DNA of 64,000 nt, taken from the NCBI RefSeq assembly GCF_006345805.1, contig NC_043001.1:65348001-65412000 (forward strand). Direction: 5' to 3'. The DNA is from Octopus sinensis. Lineage: Eukaryota. The notes under the pieces are model-generated. The model saw only the letters and a list, made by a program, of their open reading frames with translations. It was not told the DNA's origin and made no database searches. Made by a program: the position numbers and the translations under genes. Position 1 is the first letter of the stretch. Every line of letters begins with the position of its first letter. Shown here piece after piece: positions 13,701-26,016 of the stretch.

Positions 13701-14070
13701 CGCCCCTCACATTATTGATCAGTGTCCGGACATAACTGAAATGTGGGCTTATGCTGAACACCTGTTGTCCGGCGAAGGAAGAGTACAGCTGTCGACTGAG
13801 TCAATTGTAAAAATTGACCCACCGGGAGTTTTAACGAACGAAGGTAAGAATTGTTTTCTTACGGTTGTAGCAATAGCGAAAGAGGCAGTATGGAAGACTA
13901 GGATATAAGGAATTAAGACAGACAACTTTATCTCTGGCCACAATTTACGAACTTTTTTTCTTTTCATTTGAAAAGGAAACTGTGGCTGGAGAAGAGATGT
14001 CTGTCGGAGTGTACGCTCCAAAAGAGATGGAAGCATGTTGCACGAGTGTTGTGCGTGCAAGGAACCGTGT
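10744..14070 (+). pseudogene. Tx1 ORF2 (apurinic endonuclease + reverse transcriptase), several stops and frameshifts
   Basis: GCINVRGL, LDVIVATETR, GDF, GYWKLN, KSPGLDGLPYELY, FRSITLLNAEVKILAKV, RQGCPLSPLLYV, AYADD, INREKS, VKLLGVWF. Confidence 0.92.
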
Positions 14071-14314
14071 TAATAGACGGGAAAAAAAGGAGAAAAAAAA
14101 GGTACCAGCGGTAGATCGGGGCTTGTGGGGTCGGAGCGTGGCCTGATCATCGCTTCATTTGTTTTGTCTTTGTATTGTTAATTCCATTCGATTTTTTATA
14201 TATTGTATTAAAATTTTTAAAGTCACATTATATATAAAATCATATCGCTTCACTGATCCCATCAGTTGTTCTGTCCATTTCTATGTTTGGCCCCCGGTGG
14301 GCAATAAAGAAATT

Positions 14315-14457
14315 GGTATTTCGTCCGTATTTACGATCTGAATTCAAATTCCGCTTAGGTTGACTTTGCCTTTCATCCTTTCGAGGTTGATATAGTAACT
14401 GGGTCGATGTAATCGACTCATCCCCAAAATTGCTGCCCTTGTGGCAAAATTTGAAAC

Positions 14458-14459
<2 letters not shown>
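14315..14459 (+). mobile_element. SINE family A, 3' part (short form)
   Basis: Continues the SINE from 9502: gaattcaaattcc B-box, cctttcatcctttcgagg, gtcgatgtaatcgact, aaatttgaaacc, then (ATT)n. Confidence 0.8.
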
Positions 14460-14498
<39 letters not shown>

Positions 14499-14533
14499 TA
14501 TTATTATTATTATTATTATCATTATCATCATCA

Positions 14534-14595
<62 letters not shown>

Positions 14596-14620
14596 CATTA
14601 TCATCATCATCATTATTATT

Positions 14621-14707
<87 letters not shown>

Positions 14708-14708
14708 G
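14460..14708. repeat. (ATT)n/(ATC)n microsatellite
   Basis: Direct reading. Confidence 0.95.
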
Positions 14709-15043
14709 TTACCTCCGCCATAGCGAAGAGGGAGGTATTGTTTTCAGTCGTGTTTGTTTGTTTGTTTGTTTGTTTGTCCGTGGACAAGATCTCTCAAGAA
14801 CTGCTGGATGGATTCGGATGAAGCTTTCAGGGATGTTTGGGCTCGTGACTTGCACGAATTGATTAGATTTTGGGATCGATCTGCTACCGAACAAAGATTC
14901 TGGATGATTTCTCTGGCTTTTTTTAATTTAATTTTTGAGAGCGGTCGGGTTCATTTTTAGTATTCTCGTTTGTGAGAGAAGTCGATTTTATTTCAGATAT
15001 TCTCATTTTAAAAAATCGTTGAGAGGACGTTGGTGTTGTCCTT
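14709..15043 (+). mobile_element. Helentron-associated non-autonomous element (HINE/DINE-1-like), 5' and body. Continues at 16846-16878 and 18680-18714
   Basis: 5' subterminal IR acctccgcca (14711-14720) with local hairpin acctcc..ggaggt and an internal (TTTG)n. The 3' subterminal IR tggcggaggt (16864-16873) is followed, once insertions are removed, by stem-loop gcgctc-tca-gagtgc and tcttgtt. Confidence 0.8.
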
Positions 15044-16845
15044 AGTGTTGTGTCGAGTCATTTGGTTCCCTGTTGCATTTGATGTGTGTTCGCTCCATGT
15101 GAGTCTTGTTATTGTTAAATTGTTATATTACTAAATTGTTGAATTTATTGTTGCCTGACTTTTTGTATTTCTTCCCCATTTATGGGTGAATTTGTGGATA
15201 ATATTATGCAAGGTAGACCAGTGCCAGCAGGCGGTTGTGGATGGGAGGGGTCTAGCCGCGGATGTCTTGAAAGTTGGAGAAGTTCAATTGAACGAAACGG
15301 ATTTCGGGAGGTTAAATGAGCTGTTGAGGGGGAGGGGACAGCCTGAGGCTGGTACCGCCTAGGGAAGTTGTAGAAAGGACAGAGAGAAGGAAAATAATAT
15401 ATAGAAAGCTGTCTGTTTCAGCAGAGGGAGTGGAAATGGCAGCAGTGGAGTCGGTCGAGGAGTGCTTGAGAGAGGTCAAAGATCTAGCGATGTGCTGAAC
15501 CAGAGGAGGGGAGTGCGGCGCAGTGGAGGTGCGCTTCGTGAGTGAGGGAGAGGAGATGGGACACTCTACTGTGCCTTTGAGATCAGCTGAGTGGGTGCTG
15601 CTGCCGGCCTACTGTGGCAAATGTGCGGCCGGATTGGGGATTGGTGGTGTGCCCCCAGAGGTTGACGAGGCGTGGCTGGTGGAAGCCATCCTTTGTAGTG
15701 CGGATGAGGACACCAAAATGCTGAAAGTTGCAAGAGCTGCGGAGGTGGACTGGTGGGAATGCAGCCTTGAGGTATCGTTTCACATCAGTTTGCCGGACCT
15801 CCACAAGATTACGGAGGAGTTGGTGTTGCCGGACGGGACGAGGTTAGGAGTTGTGGTGGAGGGGGGATCTCCCGTATGCTGTCAATGTGGGCTGGGGGAA
15901 CACATGGAGGCTGGGTGTCCCTGGAAGCGCGAAGAGGAGGAGATAGAGAGGGAACATGAAGAGGAAGAGGGTTCAACCGTAGAGGAGCAAAAAATGGAAG
16001 AACAGTATACAGTAGTGAAGAGGAAGAAAAGTAACACGGACTCACCACCGAGGGGTCCTAGGAAGGGGAGAAAGGGAAGTGGAGAGGAGACGCAGAGTGG
16101 AAAACAAGGAAAGGCGAACGAGCAGGGAAGAAATGAGGGGTCAACACGTGTAAGTGACAAGGTCGAGGAGCGAAGGCAGAAACTGTTACCATCACCTAGC
16201 AAGGAGGAGAAGTACAGAAGAAAGAGGAAGGTGAAAGAGAGATGATAGCAACAAAGAGTGAAAGACATACAGCGATAGGAATGCCAGCAACAGTAAAGGA
16301 GATTGGTGAGGGAAGGCAGAGAGTGACACCAGAAGGGAAAAATATAAGAACTATGATACAGTACACAGGAGGTGTAGAGATGGAAAAAGGGATTGCGATG
16401 ATGAAGAACGTGGTTGGGGTTAAGTTGGCGCTCACAGAGTGCAAGGTATGAAAACTATTCTGCTGGAAAGAGAAAGAAGAGAAAGGTTGAAGGAATTGTT
16501 TTGGGGAAAAGATAGAGGTGACAATAGTACAGTTTCGTTTCGATGAGTTGCCGCCGATGGTGGTATTCGAAGATTTATTGGATTATACTGGTGACTTTGT
16601 TTTAATTAAAAATAAAAGGGAAAAAATGGAAAACCAACAGATACAAGACAGGATATTGAACTGTTAGTAAAACTTTATTTAAAAACAGTAAAATGAAACT
16701 GCCTGCTTATGGGGGGGGGGCAGGTAAGTAATTCCATCCTCATTTTTCATTGTATCAATAATTTCATACGGTATGTGTTTTTATGTAACCCATTGTATTG
16801 TTTTGTCTGTTTTTGTGTTGTGCCTTGTGCATAATAAAAGAAATC
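15044..16845 (+). mobile_element. ORF1-only Tx1-like non-autonomous retroposon A (1802 bp)
   Basis: ORF 15523-16245 has VEVRF..LLPAYCGK....GVPPEV and CCQCGLGEHMEAGC, with FDELPP downstream and no APE/RT. The 3' end is gtgcataataaaagaaatc. TSD aggacgttggtgttgtcctt (15024-15043) / aggacgttgatgttgcctt (16846-16864). Confidence 0.85.
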
Positions 16846-16878
16846 AGGACGTTGATGTTGCCTTGGCGGAGGTTCGCG

Positions 16879-18679
16879 ATGTGACCACACAGGAGGTTTG
16901 AGTTGTTTTTTTGTCATGTTAGACGTAAGTTAAATATTTGTTTGATTGATTGTTACTGTTCAAATTGTTGCTTGTATTATTTTGAATTGTTGTTTTTTCC
17001 CGTTGTGGGAAAAATGGAGAAAATGCCAGCAGGTGGCCACAGTTATGTGGCTGCAACTGGAAAAGGGGCAGGCATGTAAATGCTGGGGGTACGAGAAATA
17101 AAGGTTGAACCTCGAAAAATGAAGGAATGCGAGAAGTTGCTGGAAAGAGACGGAACAACCAATGTAATGAAAATAACGGTGATATGGAAGACAATGAAGA
17201 TAGCAACAAGGAAAATAGAAATAGCGACAATAGAGGCTATTGAAGAATGTTTGAAGAATATAAAAAGACTAACCACATTTAAAATAAAAGGGAGAAAGTA
17301 CGCTACTGTGGAGGTGCTTATTGCATCAGAAGAGGAAGCAATTCCACGGAGGCAATAAGATCTGAAGAATGGGTACTTTTGCCATCGTACTATGGCAAAC
17401 GTGTGGCCAGGGTGCGAGTTGGCAAAGTGCCCCCAGAGCTGAAAGAAGCATGGTTGATGACAGCCAAAATGTATGACATAAATGAGGAGGTCAAGATACT
17501 GAAGGCCACAAGAACCCAAAGATTTAACAACTGGGGATATGGAATAAAGTTAACCGTTCAAGCAACAGTGGAAGACCTAAACAGAATTGTCGAAGAGATA
17601 GTGCTGTCCGATGACGTAAGATTGAGAGTGGTGGTGGCGGGCACGCCGCCTATATGTTATACATGTGGGGAAAAGGGCCACATGAAGGCAATGTGCCCCC
17701 AGAGGGAACAGCAGATAAAGCAGACGAAGAGGCAGGAGAGCACGGACCAGGTGGTACAGGTCGAGATAAAGGAGAAAGCAACGGATGAGGGGTTCACGGT
17801 GTTTAAAAAAAGAAAGAGAAGTGGGAGAGTGAGCTCTCCGCCAGAGCAGCAGAAAATGAAGAAAGAAGAGATGGAAAAGGAGATGACCTGAAGGACGGAA
17901 GACGAAATGGTGGTGGATAAAGTAAGCGAAAAGGAACTTGAAGAAGTGTTCAAGGAGGAGTTGCATAAGGAAAAGACATTGGTGAAAACACCGATTGTTC
18001 CAGTGGAGGAAGAAAATTTAGAAACGCAACTGGAGAGACTGTTCAGAGAGGTGGAAGAAAAGAAGAAGGTGCTAGGAACGGAGCAGGAAAAGAGAAAAAA
18101 ATAAGAAAAGGAAAATTTCGATGGAATTTTGTGACGTATGCAAAAAGCAAAGACACTGAAAAGAAAGTATTAAAGTTTAAACATATTATAAGAGTCAAGT
18201 TGCCCACAGATGTGTATTCCGAGAATGTGAAGGCCATCGTGGTTGACAATGACACCTACAACAGACTAAAAGACATGTGTGGAGAAGGGATTGACCCACC
18301 AGGAGTGATGGTATAGTTTGATGAATTGCCACCAGTAATGGAGCTAAAAGATTTAGAACCTTTCATGTGATATTAAAAAGGAAAAAGTAAGTAGAATTGT
18401 TTTATTGAAGAAAGAAGGAAAAAAGTAAAATTGTTTCATTTAAAAAAAGAGAGGAAAAAGCGAGATTAAGAAAGAACAATAAGATGATAGAACGATTGTA
18501 AGTAGTTTATATAAACGTTCAAATGATACTGCATGGGAGTGGGGTCTATGCAGCCATTTCATTTTTCATTTTTATATAACATCTCATTTTCATTCGTTTT
18601 ATGATTTTTGTCCCCACCGTGGTGTTGTGTCTGTCTTTATAGTGTCCCCTCTGTGTTGTGGCCGTAGTGCCAAGAAACA
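16879..18679 (+). mobile_element. ORF1-only Tx1-like non-autonomous retroposon B (1801 bp)
   Basis: ORFs 17080-17358 and 17379-17891 have YATVEVLIASEE, PSYYGKRVARVRVGKVPPEL and CYTCGEKGHMKAMC, with FDELPP downstream and no ORF2. 16-bp TSD ttggcggaggttcgcg (16863-16878) / ttggcgaaggttcgcg (18680-18695). Confidence 0.85.
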
Positions 18680-19039
18680 TTGGCGAAGGTTCGCGCTCTC
18701 AGAGTGCTCTTGTTATCATCGTCATCATCATCATAGTTATGAGAAGGCATCTCTCTCTCTTCTTCTCCATCCACGTAAAGTTATTTTGCGAGCTTGTGGA
18801 ACTCACACAAACATATACGTATAGGTAGAAGTATATGTATACTCTTCTGTTTTTAATTAATTAAATTCTTCCTCTGAAGAAGGAGCTGGTTTCTAACAAA
18901 AATAAAAAAAACTCCATAATTGGAATGTAGATAATGAAAACAATATCACATTTTAAACTTGAGAAATGTCTTGCATATTTTTACTTTTTCATTTACAGAT
19001 TGTATTTGAAATGTGCGAAATAGTTAAGTAATCCCCTAG

Positions 19040-19860
19040 CTTATCCAGATTGTCTCAGGCATTTACTCACAAAACCAAGTGCATCAATTATTTGGTATAC
19101 ATGTGAATCAACAATCTGGATATAGAAGCTGGAGGTTTCGAAGCAGTTGTCCACAGTTATTCTATTTCTTTTTGATTTCCAAAGAGTTATTCACCTCAGT
19201 AGGACAGCTGACCTTTATGACGGTACATAATTTTTTTGTTTATCTCAAACAACAATATCTGGTCTGTTATGTTTACACTTCACAGATGTTTTGAAGGAAA
19301 TATTCCATCAGTATTCTGTTTATTGATGTTTGTGTATGTATGTATTCAATAACAGGGGGATTCCCTATATTTATTTGAGGACAATTTTTTTTCTGAATAC
19401 CCTTGTACATTGTTTTTGTGACAACATCGTGTCGCAAAGGGACGTAGTACTTTGATGACATTTTTAGGCAGGTGTCAATCACATGTGTAATGTCTTCCAC
19501 GGAAATATGACAATCTACATTTTCGGTTGCATCTTGAAACTAAAGGGTTTCGCTGCCTCTTTTGTTTATTAAGCATTTAGTAGCAATTTCCTGTTCTTGG
19601 ATTGCAAATACATCGCCTTCGAAGTGTGATGTGATGTAGCGGTCGAGAGTCCAAGAGAGACTTCGCTTCATGCCACTATTACTATCGGCTTCAAGTCTTT
19701 GGGAAATATACCTATGCATAGCCTTTTTTTGGTATGCTGGGCGTTTCACATCTAGGTCTTCTTTGAGGTCTGTTAGTCCGGCTGTTTTAGGATTGTATAG
19801 GAGTGCTTCCTGAGGCGTTTACTACTGATGCGTAGAATATTGTTCTCTTCGCTTTTCAGC
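19040..19860 (-). mobile_element. RLE-type non-LTR retrotransposon 3' fragment (R4/Dong- or NeSL-like)
   Basis: Minus-strand ITSHFEGDVFAIQEQEIATKCLINKR, VEDITHVIDTC.KMSSKYYVPLRHDVVTK and GQLLRNLQLLYPD match the zinc-knuckle/RLE region of restriction-like-endonuclease LINEs. Confidence 0.7.
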
Positions 19861-19869
19861 ACTAAGTTT

Positions 19870-20075
19870 ATGTATGTATGTATGTATGTATGTATGTATG
19901 TATGTATGTATGTATGTATGTATGTATGTATGTATGTATGTATGAATGTATGTATGTATGTATGTATGTATGTAAGTATGTATGTATGTATGTATGTATG
20001 TATGTATGTGTGTATGTATGTATGTATGTATGTATGTATGTATTATGTATGTATGTATGTATTATGTATGTAGGT
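19870..20075. repeat. (TATG)n microsatellite
   Basis: Direct reading. Confidence 0.95.
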
Positions 20076-20654
20076 AGGTAGGTAGGAGATCGATGATTGA
20101 TTTCAGTATCTACTAATTCTTCAGTAGAGGTCGTTTGCTATTTTCTATCCGCTGTTGTAATATATAGCTACTGATAGTGTATACAGCCCTGGACAGAACT
20201 CGGCGACGCCAGCATTAACTCGTATCGGGTAGTTAATCTTTAGCGATTGATTGAGCACCTTTTGCCAAAGCGGTAAGTCGACGGGCTCTGAAGCGGGTGG
20301 TGCTGAAAAGTCTTATATTCCTTCTGTAATGGATGCCTACACCAAGAGCCAGATCAGGGATCTCATGGATCATGGCAACGAGGTAGAGGGAAAAACTATA
20401 TGTCAGAGAAATTAGCCATATAACCTCCAACTTTTTTTGACTCTGCGGTGTAACCAGTTTGTTTACGTTTCACAACACATTAAAAAGAAAAAAGTAAAAA
20501 AACATAGGATTCCATATCTTTGTCTCGAACCTTCTGACGTGTACGCTCGAGCGAATAGGTAATCAAGCGAAGGATTGTTCATGGTTTTCTCTGTTTATTT
20601 CACACGTAAATAATGATATACATACATACATACATACATACATACATACATACA

Positions 20655-20685
<31 letters not shown>

Positions 20686-21894
20686 GTATATATGTATGAA
20701 TATACACATATACATATACACACAAAACACACACATACACATCTTTAGGTAAAATAACCGTAGGAAGATTCATAAGAAAGAAATGTGTTTGTGTATTGGT
20801 AAGTATTTTTGTATATGAATCTACGTAACTCAATTTACAAACTATCTAACCGTGAATTACTGGAGAAAAACATTTATGACAGATTCTAAACATGACTTGC
20901 ATTTTCTGCAGTATTCAATCAATTATTTTGTAATCGGGCGAAATAGGATTTTGTATTACGACCTTTTATATTTTAAGTGAAAGAGCACTTGTAAGATGAC
21001 TAAACAACAAACTTGAAATAATGTAAGTATCTTATAATTTAGTGCAGTTCAATTAAAATTTTGCCACTCGGCACAAAAGTATTCGTCGATGAGTAATGTA
21101 TAGAATTTAGATATGAATTTCATCGATATGTCATGACTAGCGAGGGAAATACACTAAAAATAATGACGCAATATTGGGCAGATTTTGAATAGCTTAAACA
21201 TTTATATGTGTGTGTTTATGTATATTTATGTGTGTGTGTGTGGTGTGTACACATATATATGTATACTCAACAGGATACATCATAATTCTTAACGAAGTAA
21301 TTTTTCACAACAGTGTTCAAAAAATATTGCAATAAAAGAACGAAACCAACTTCTGATACAAATTAAAGGAAATGCATGTGAGGTTATCTTTTAGCAAGTG
21401 TTCCACTATTATTCTGTATAAAGAACAGTATCTTTTATCAGATGATGTATGCAGATAGAACCCTTTTGTGGTCATCAGAAGAAAATTATCAGTTATGTGA
21501 AATTAAGTGTAAAAATGGGTCAACATGCTGATCGAGTGTCCATCATTGACAAGACCAAACCAGGTCGAAATCAGGTGGTCCGGTGGTCTCAGTGCCGGCG
21601 GTAGCGGAGATTTATCTCCCTGAAAGTAATAAAAGCAAGTATGCATTTTGCACCAAAAAAGCCATTGAGTGTTTCTGTCATGGTAACTGCCACAATATAG
21701 TTCGTTCTAATCGTAGCTCTCCGTCGGTTACGACGATGAGGATTCCAGTTGATCCGACCAAAGGAACAGCCTGCTCGTGAAATTAACGTGCAAGTGGCTG
21801 AGCACTCCACAGACACGTGTGCCCTTAACGTAGTTCTCGGGGAGATTCAACGTGACACTGAGTGTGACAACAGAAACAAAAAGAAAGAACGAGA

Positions 21895-22048
21895 GAAAGC
21901 TGTGGTGAAAGAATACAGCAGACTTTGTTACCCCCCCCTGCGGAGCCTCGTGGAGCTTTAGGTGATTTCGCTCAATAAACACTCACCGGTCTGGGAATCG
22001 AAACCGCGATTCCGCTGCCCTAACCACTAGGCCATTGCGGTTCCACGT
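21895..22048 (-). mobile_element. tRNA-derived SINE (third family), 5' part
   Basis: Minus strand gcaatggcctagtggttagggcagcgg..ggtttcgattcccagacc, with A- and B-box-like motifs. Confidence 0.65.
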
Positions 22049-22515
22049 TTCTTCTAATAGAACATCCACGTTTAATTGGGTATAAATATTGCCAACCTCA
22101 AAGGAATTAAGCTCTGCAAAATGACACAAAACACCACCGATTTCACCTTAATTAGTCTTAGATATTTTCCTCCTAAACATCCAATATGCTATCACATGAA
22201 GTAGAGCTGTTTCTAAACTGCATGATATAAGATCGCATAGATATAGACTCATAGTAACGAGAGCCACATGTAGTTGAAATAAACATAGATAGAAAGTTAT
22301 ATATGTATTCTGTTGCTCTTTCACAAATTATATTCATCAAATGAAAAATATCGAAATATTTCGATATTTTCATTTGATGAAGACGATCTCGAAATATCAT
22401 GGGTAATGAAATATCATAGGTAACATAAGCAACTTGTTTTCTTTGTTTATATAAATACTCTCTCACACACACACACACACACACAGACACACAGACACAG
22501 ACACACACACACACA

Positions 22516-22561
<46 letters not shown>

Positions 22562-22698
22562 TACATATATTCATTCAAACGTACATGCATACGCGTTTAT
22601 ATATGTATGTATGTATGCTTGTATGTATATGACATTCTTTGCTACTATAGGATATATATTTATATATATATACACACACACACACGATATGTCATCTA

Positions 22699-22919
22699 AG
22701 GCGGCGAGCTGGCAGAAACGCTAGCACGCCGGGCGAAATGCGTAGGTGTATTTCGTCTGCCGTTACGTTCTGAGTTCAAATTCCGCCGAGGTCGACTTTG
22801 CCCTTCATCCTTTCGGGGGTCGATAAATTAAGTACCAGTTACGCACTGTACTATTGTCACCTCTATCTTTTCCCCCAAACAATTCCTTCAACCTTTCTCT
22901 TCTTTCTATATATATATAT
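22699..22919 (+). mobile_element. SINE family A copy with atypical 3' end
   Basis: Complete head ggcggcgagctggcagaaacgctagc, flanked by acgatatgtcatcta at 22684-22698 and 22920-22934. Confidence 0.85.
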
Positions 22920-22934
22920 ACGATATGTCATCTA

Positions 22935-23168
22935 AAGCGGCGAGCTGGCAGAAAAGTTAGCACGCCGGGCGAAATGCTTAGCAGTATTTCGTCTGCCGCA
23001 ACGTTCTGAGTTCAAATTCCACCGAGGTCGACTTTACCTTTCATCCTTTCGGGGTTGATTAAAATAAGTACTAGTTACGCACTAGGGTCGATGTAATCGA
23101 CTTAATACCTTTGTTTGTCCCCTCTATGTTTAGCCCCTTGTGGGTAATAAAGAAATATATATATATAT
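22935..23168 (+). mobile_element. SINE family A, long form with Tx1-like tail
   Basis: Head to tail gtcccctctatgtttagccccttgtgggtaataaagaaat(AT)n, flanked by acgatatgtcatcta at 22920-22934 and 23169-23183. Confidence 0.88.
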
Positions 23169-23694
23169 ACGATATGTCATCTATTTAGCCATGACCAATG
23201 CACCGACTAATTTAGCAGGGCTTTTTTTTTTATCTTCATATTGATATAAACTTATTTTTAACATACTGTGACAATGCTCTTTATAAGCATTGTTTTCACA
23301 ATGAACGTATTCGGAGTTCCGTATACTTCAATAAAGAATATTCCCGGAAGAGGATCCATATTGGTCAGCGAAACAATCCAGGACTTAGAGCCACGGTTGG
23401 AATTATGAAACCAACTAGAAATTTTAATACGACTAGTCATTATATTTTAACAAGTTATTGAGGAATGGTGTGGACTAAATACCACTTTTTTATGAAGATC
23501 ATATACAGTCTTATATAATTTTATATCAGTTACTACTTGAATTGCAGCTGACATATAGGATTACCAATTATTTTTCACGATGCTGAATTCGTATTACACA
23601 AGGGCTTTATGTCTCCTGAATGATTTCTCAATAAGTTGTTTATTATTCGGAAGATTAGGATTCAACAATAAAGAAACTCATACTTAGTTTAAGG

Positions 23695-23727
<33 letters not shown>

Positions 23728-24339
23728 ATAACATCATTATTTATCTCTATTCACTGTAAACAAGTTCCTAGTCTCTTATAACAGTAATTACGGAGAGACT
23801 TTAATGAATGAGTTGTGGGTTCGGTTTCCTCTAGACTCTAACCTTTTCAATGATTTTTATGTCATCTTTGTAAATATATATATCGGCACAAAAACATTTT
23901 TTTTTCAGTCAGTACCTATTTTCCTTTTAATCCTGACAGAAACAAAATCTAAATTCAGTATAAATTTTAGTAAGTTATTTATTGTTTTATTACAGACTTG
24001 TAATTTTTTTCTTTCCTATTAAACTAAGAACATAAAAACAATTTAGTGTTTAACGGCTCACAACACTATCGTTTTTCTTTGCGCGGATAGTTGTTTTTGC
24101 TTTGGTTTAACCACAGGGAACTCTAATCGAGCAGTCTCTGATCAAAGAAGTCTGTGAAGTTTGAAGAGGATTTGTTTACTGTCTCTAACAAGTCGAGCAA
24201 CAAGTAGAGGAAATTTCATTGACTTGCATAATAAAGTTTACAACTGGTCGTTATAGGTCTGTGTTTAGTTCGCATACACACATACACATTTATTCACATA
24301 CATATATTCAAATACACCCACACATATATGCGCGCGTGT

Positions 24340-24411
24340 GTGTGTTAAACTAATACACCTGTTTGTTGTTTACACACTTGTCTTCGTCTTTTGTTTTTTG
24401 TAAATTTCAAC

Positions 24412-24444
<33 letters not shown>

Positions 24445-25425
24445 GATAACAATATAATAAATAAAACATATGCATATATACATACATATATGTACATACT
24501 TACATCTATATGTATATATACATGCATATATGAGTACAAGAAACCATAAATAAACGTAGAACACAACGAGAAACGAAAACATAAAATCAAACAAGGAAAC
24601 GGACTTTTTTAACAACGAAAAAACAGAGTACAGGACAAACAATACAAGGAAAATTCCCCTTCATCAGCTGCCCCTGGTTCGACTCAATGCGTGTTTCGAG
24701 ATCGAACGCTACGCAGCCTTTTCCAAATAATTATGATGCGCACTCTTAACTTTCACTAATTCTCCTCTGTCTATCTCTCTCCCTCTCTTGTTCGTCATAC
24801 TTTCTGGTTTTCTCTCCCATCCTTCCCTAATTTTCTCCTCTCCCCTTCACCGTTCCTTCTCTCTTACTCGTCCTCTCTCTCTCGTCACTGACACGTGACC
24901 AGAGGGAAGCCATCTTTCCGACTGCTATCTTCACCGAGATAAGGGTGTATCCTGTCCTTCTCATAAGCTGTCTCCTCAAGCGTTCAAAATAATTTTTCCA
25001 TTGTCTTGGCTTAACAACCCTCATCGTTATTTTTACTGTGCTATTCTTGTCCTGTCTTTTACTGGTTTCATTTGTATTGTTTTTACTGTCCTGTTCTTGT
25101 TACCACTTTTACCCCTCCGCAAAAAATCCCAAATTTTATTTAATTTGCTTTGCAGGAAGGACTGTTTCAACGAAGTCGCGTTTTGTCCTTACCTTCAAAA
25201 TGCGGAGTAGACGAAACAGGGACAACTGAAGAAGGGGAATATTCCTTGTGGTGTATGTCTTGTACAGTGTTTTTTCGTTTTTTGAACAAAAGTTCGTTTC
25301 CATGTTTTTGTTTTTATGTTTTCGTTTCTCATTGTGTTCTATATATGCATGTATATATACATATAGATGTAGGTATGTACATATATGTATGTATATATGC
25401 ATATATTTATATATTATTTATGTTA

Positions 25426-25440
<15 letters not shown>
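24340..25440. repeat. diverged fold-back element (arms about 24430-24690 and 25205-25440), probably PLE-related
   Basis: The arms are reverse complements (cagctgatgaaggggaattttccttg vs caactgaagaaggggaatattccttg, then tgttttcgtttctc.ttgtgttcta and TA/TG repeats) around a CT-rich spacer. Confidence 0.6.
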
Positions 25441-25464
<24 letters not shown>

Positions 25465-25648
25465 AGTAAATATATGGCACAACGAAGTACCAATATTTAC
25501 TGGAAATAGCGAACGTAATAATACGACGCTAATGTATAGCTTCACCGCGTATGTATTAGCAAAAATGCGTGTGTGCAACAAACTAGAAAAAATTGTCTTA
25601 CCTCCAGGGAGAACATCTGAAAGATGAAATACCTGGAAAAGGATAATG

Positions 25649-25719
25649 TGGGACCTGCAGGTTTCAGATTTTACAAGATATGTCTGCCACCCATAATCTT
25701 GTTCTATCTTCATCAGCCA
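25649..25719 (-). ncRNA. type-I hammerhead ribozyme
   Basis: tgg CTGATGA agat..caagat..atcttg..atct GAA ACCTGCAGGT C cca. Core intact, bipartite stem II, palindromic stem III, 3-bp stem I. Confidence 0.8.
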
Positions 25720-26016
25720 AGCATATACCATGACAAAATCTCAGATGTTACCACATTAAAGCCATTACAATCGACTGAAACGCCGAAACGCCAACAGCAC
25801 GAAAACGGTGAAGAAGCTTCAATAAATTAGTAATGCAATACTAGAGTATTGCTTTCCAGTAAAGAATAGCCCGTGAGGGAAAAGTAGTAAATATATGGCA
25901 CAACGAAGTACCGATATTTACTGGAAATAGCGAACGTGCTGTTGGCGTTTCGGCGTTTCAGTCGATTGTAATGGCTTTAATGTGGTAACATCTGAGATTT
26001 TGTCATGGTATATGCT

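Larger units (their letters stand above)
9503..14314 (+). mobile_element. L1/Tx1-clade LINE 1, near full length, decayed
   Basis: ORF1 with RRM-like region and CCHC knuckle, ORF2 with APE and RT, 3' end gggcaataaagaaatt, and an imperfect about 20-bp TSD (atttcgtccgtctgttac at 9485-9502, ggtatttcgtccgtatttac at 14315-14334). Confidence 0.92.

Noticed and set aside
18870-18925. CTGAAGA aggag..ctcc motif
   Set aside because: GAAA is replaced by ataa and there is no stem III.
21555-21600. TTGACAA gacc..ggtc GAAA motif
   Set aside because: Stem II is good, but there is no valid cleavage triplet or stem I.
22684-23183. Three regularly spaced identical 15-mers resembling a CRISPR array
   Set aside because: The spacers are about 220-bp SINE copies and the repeats are TSDs. 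The DNA is eukaryotic and there are no cas genes.
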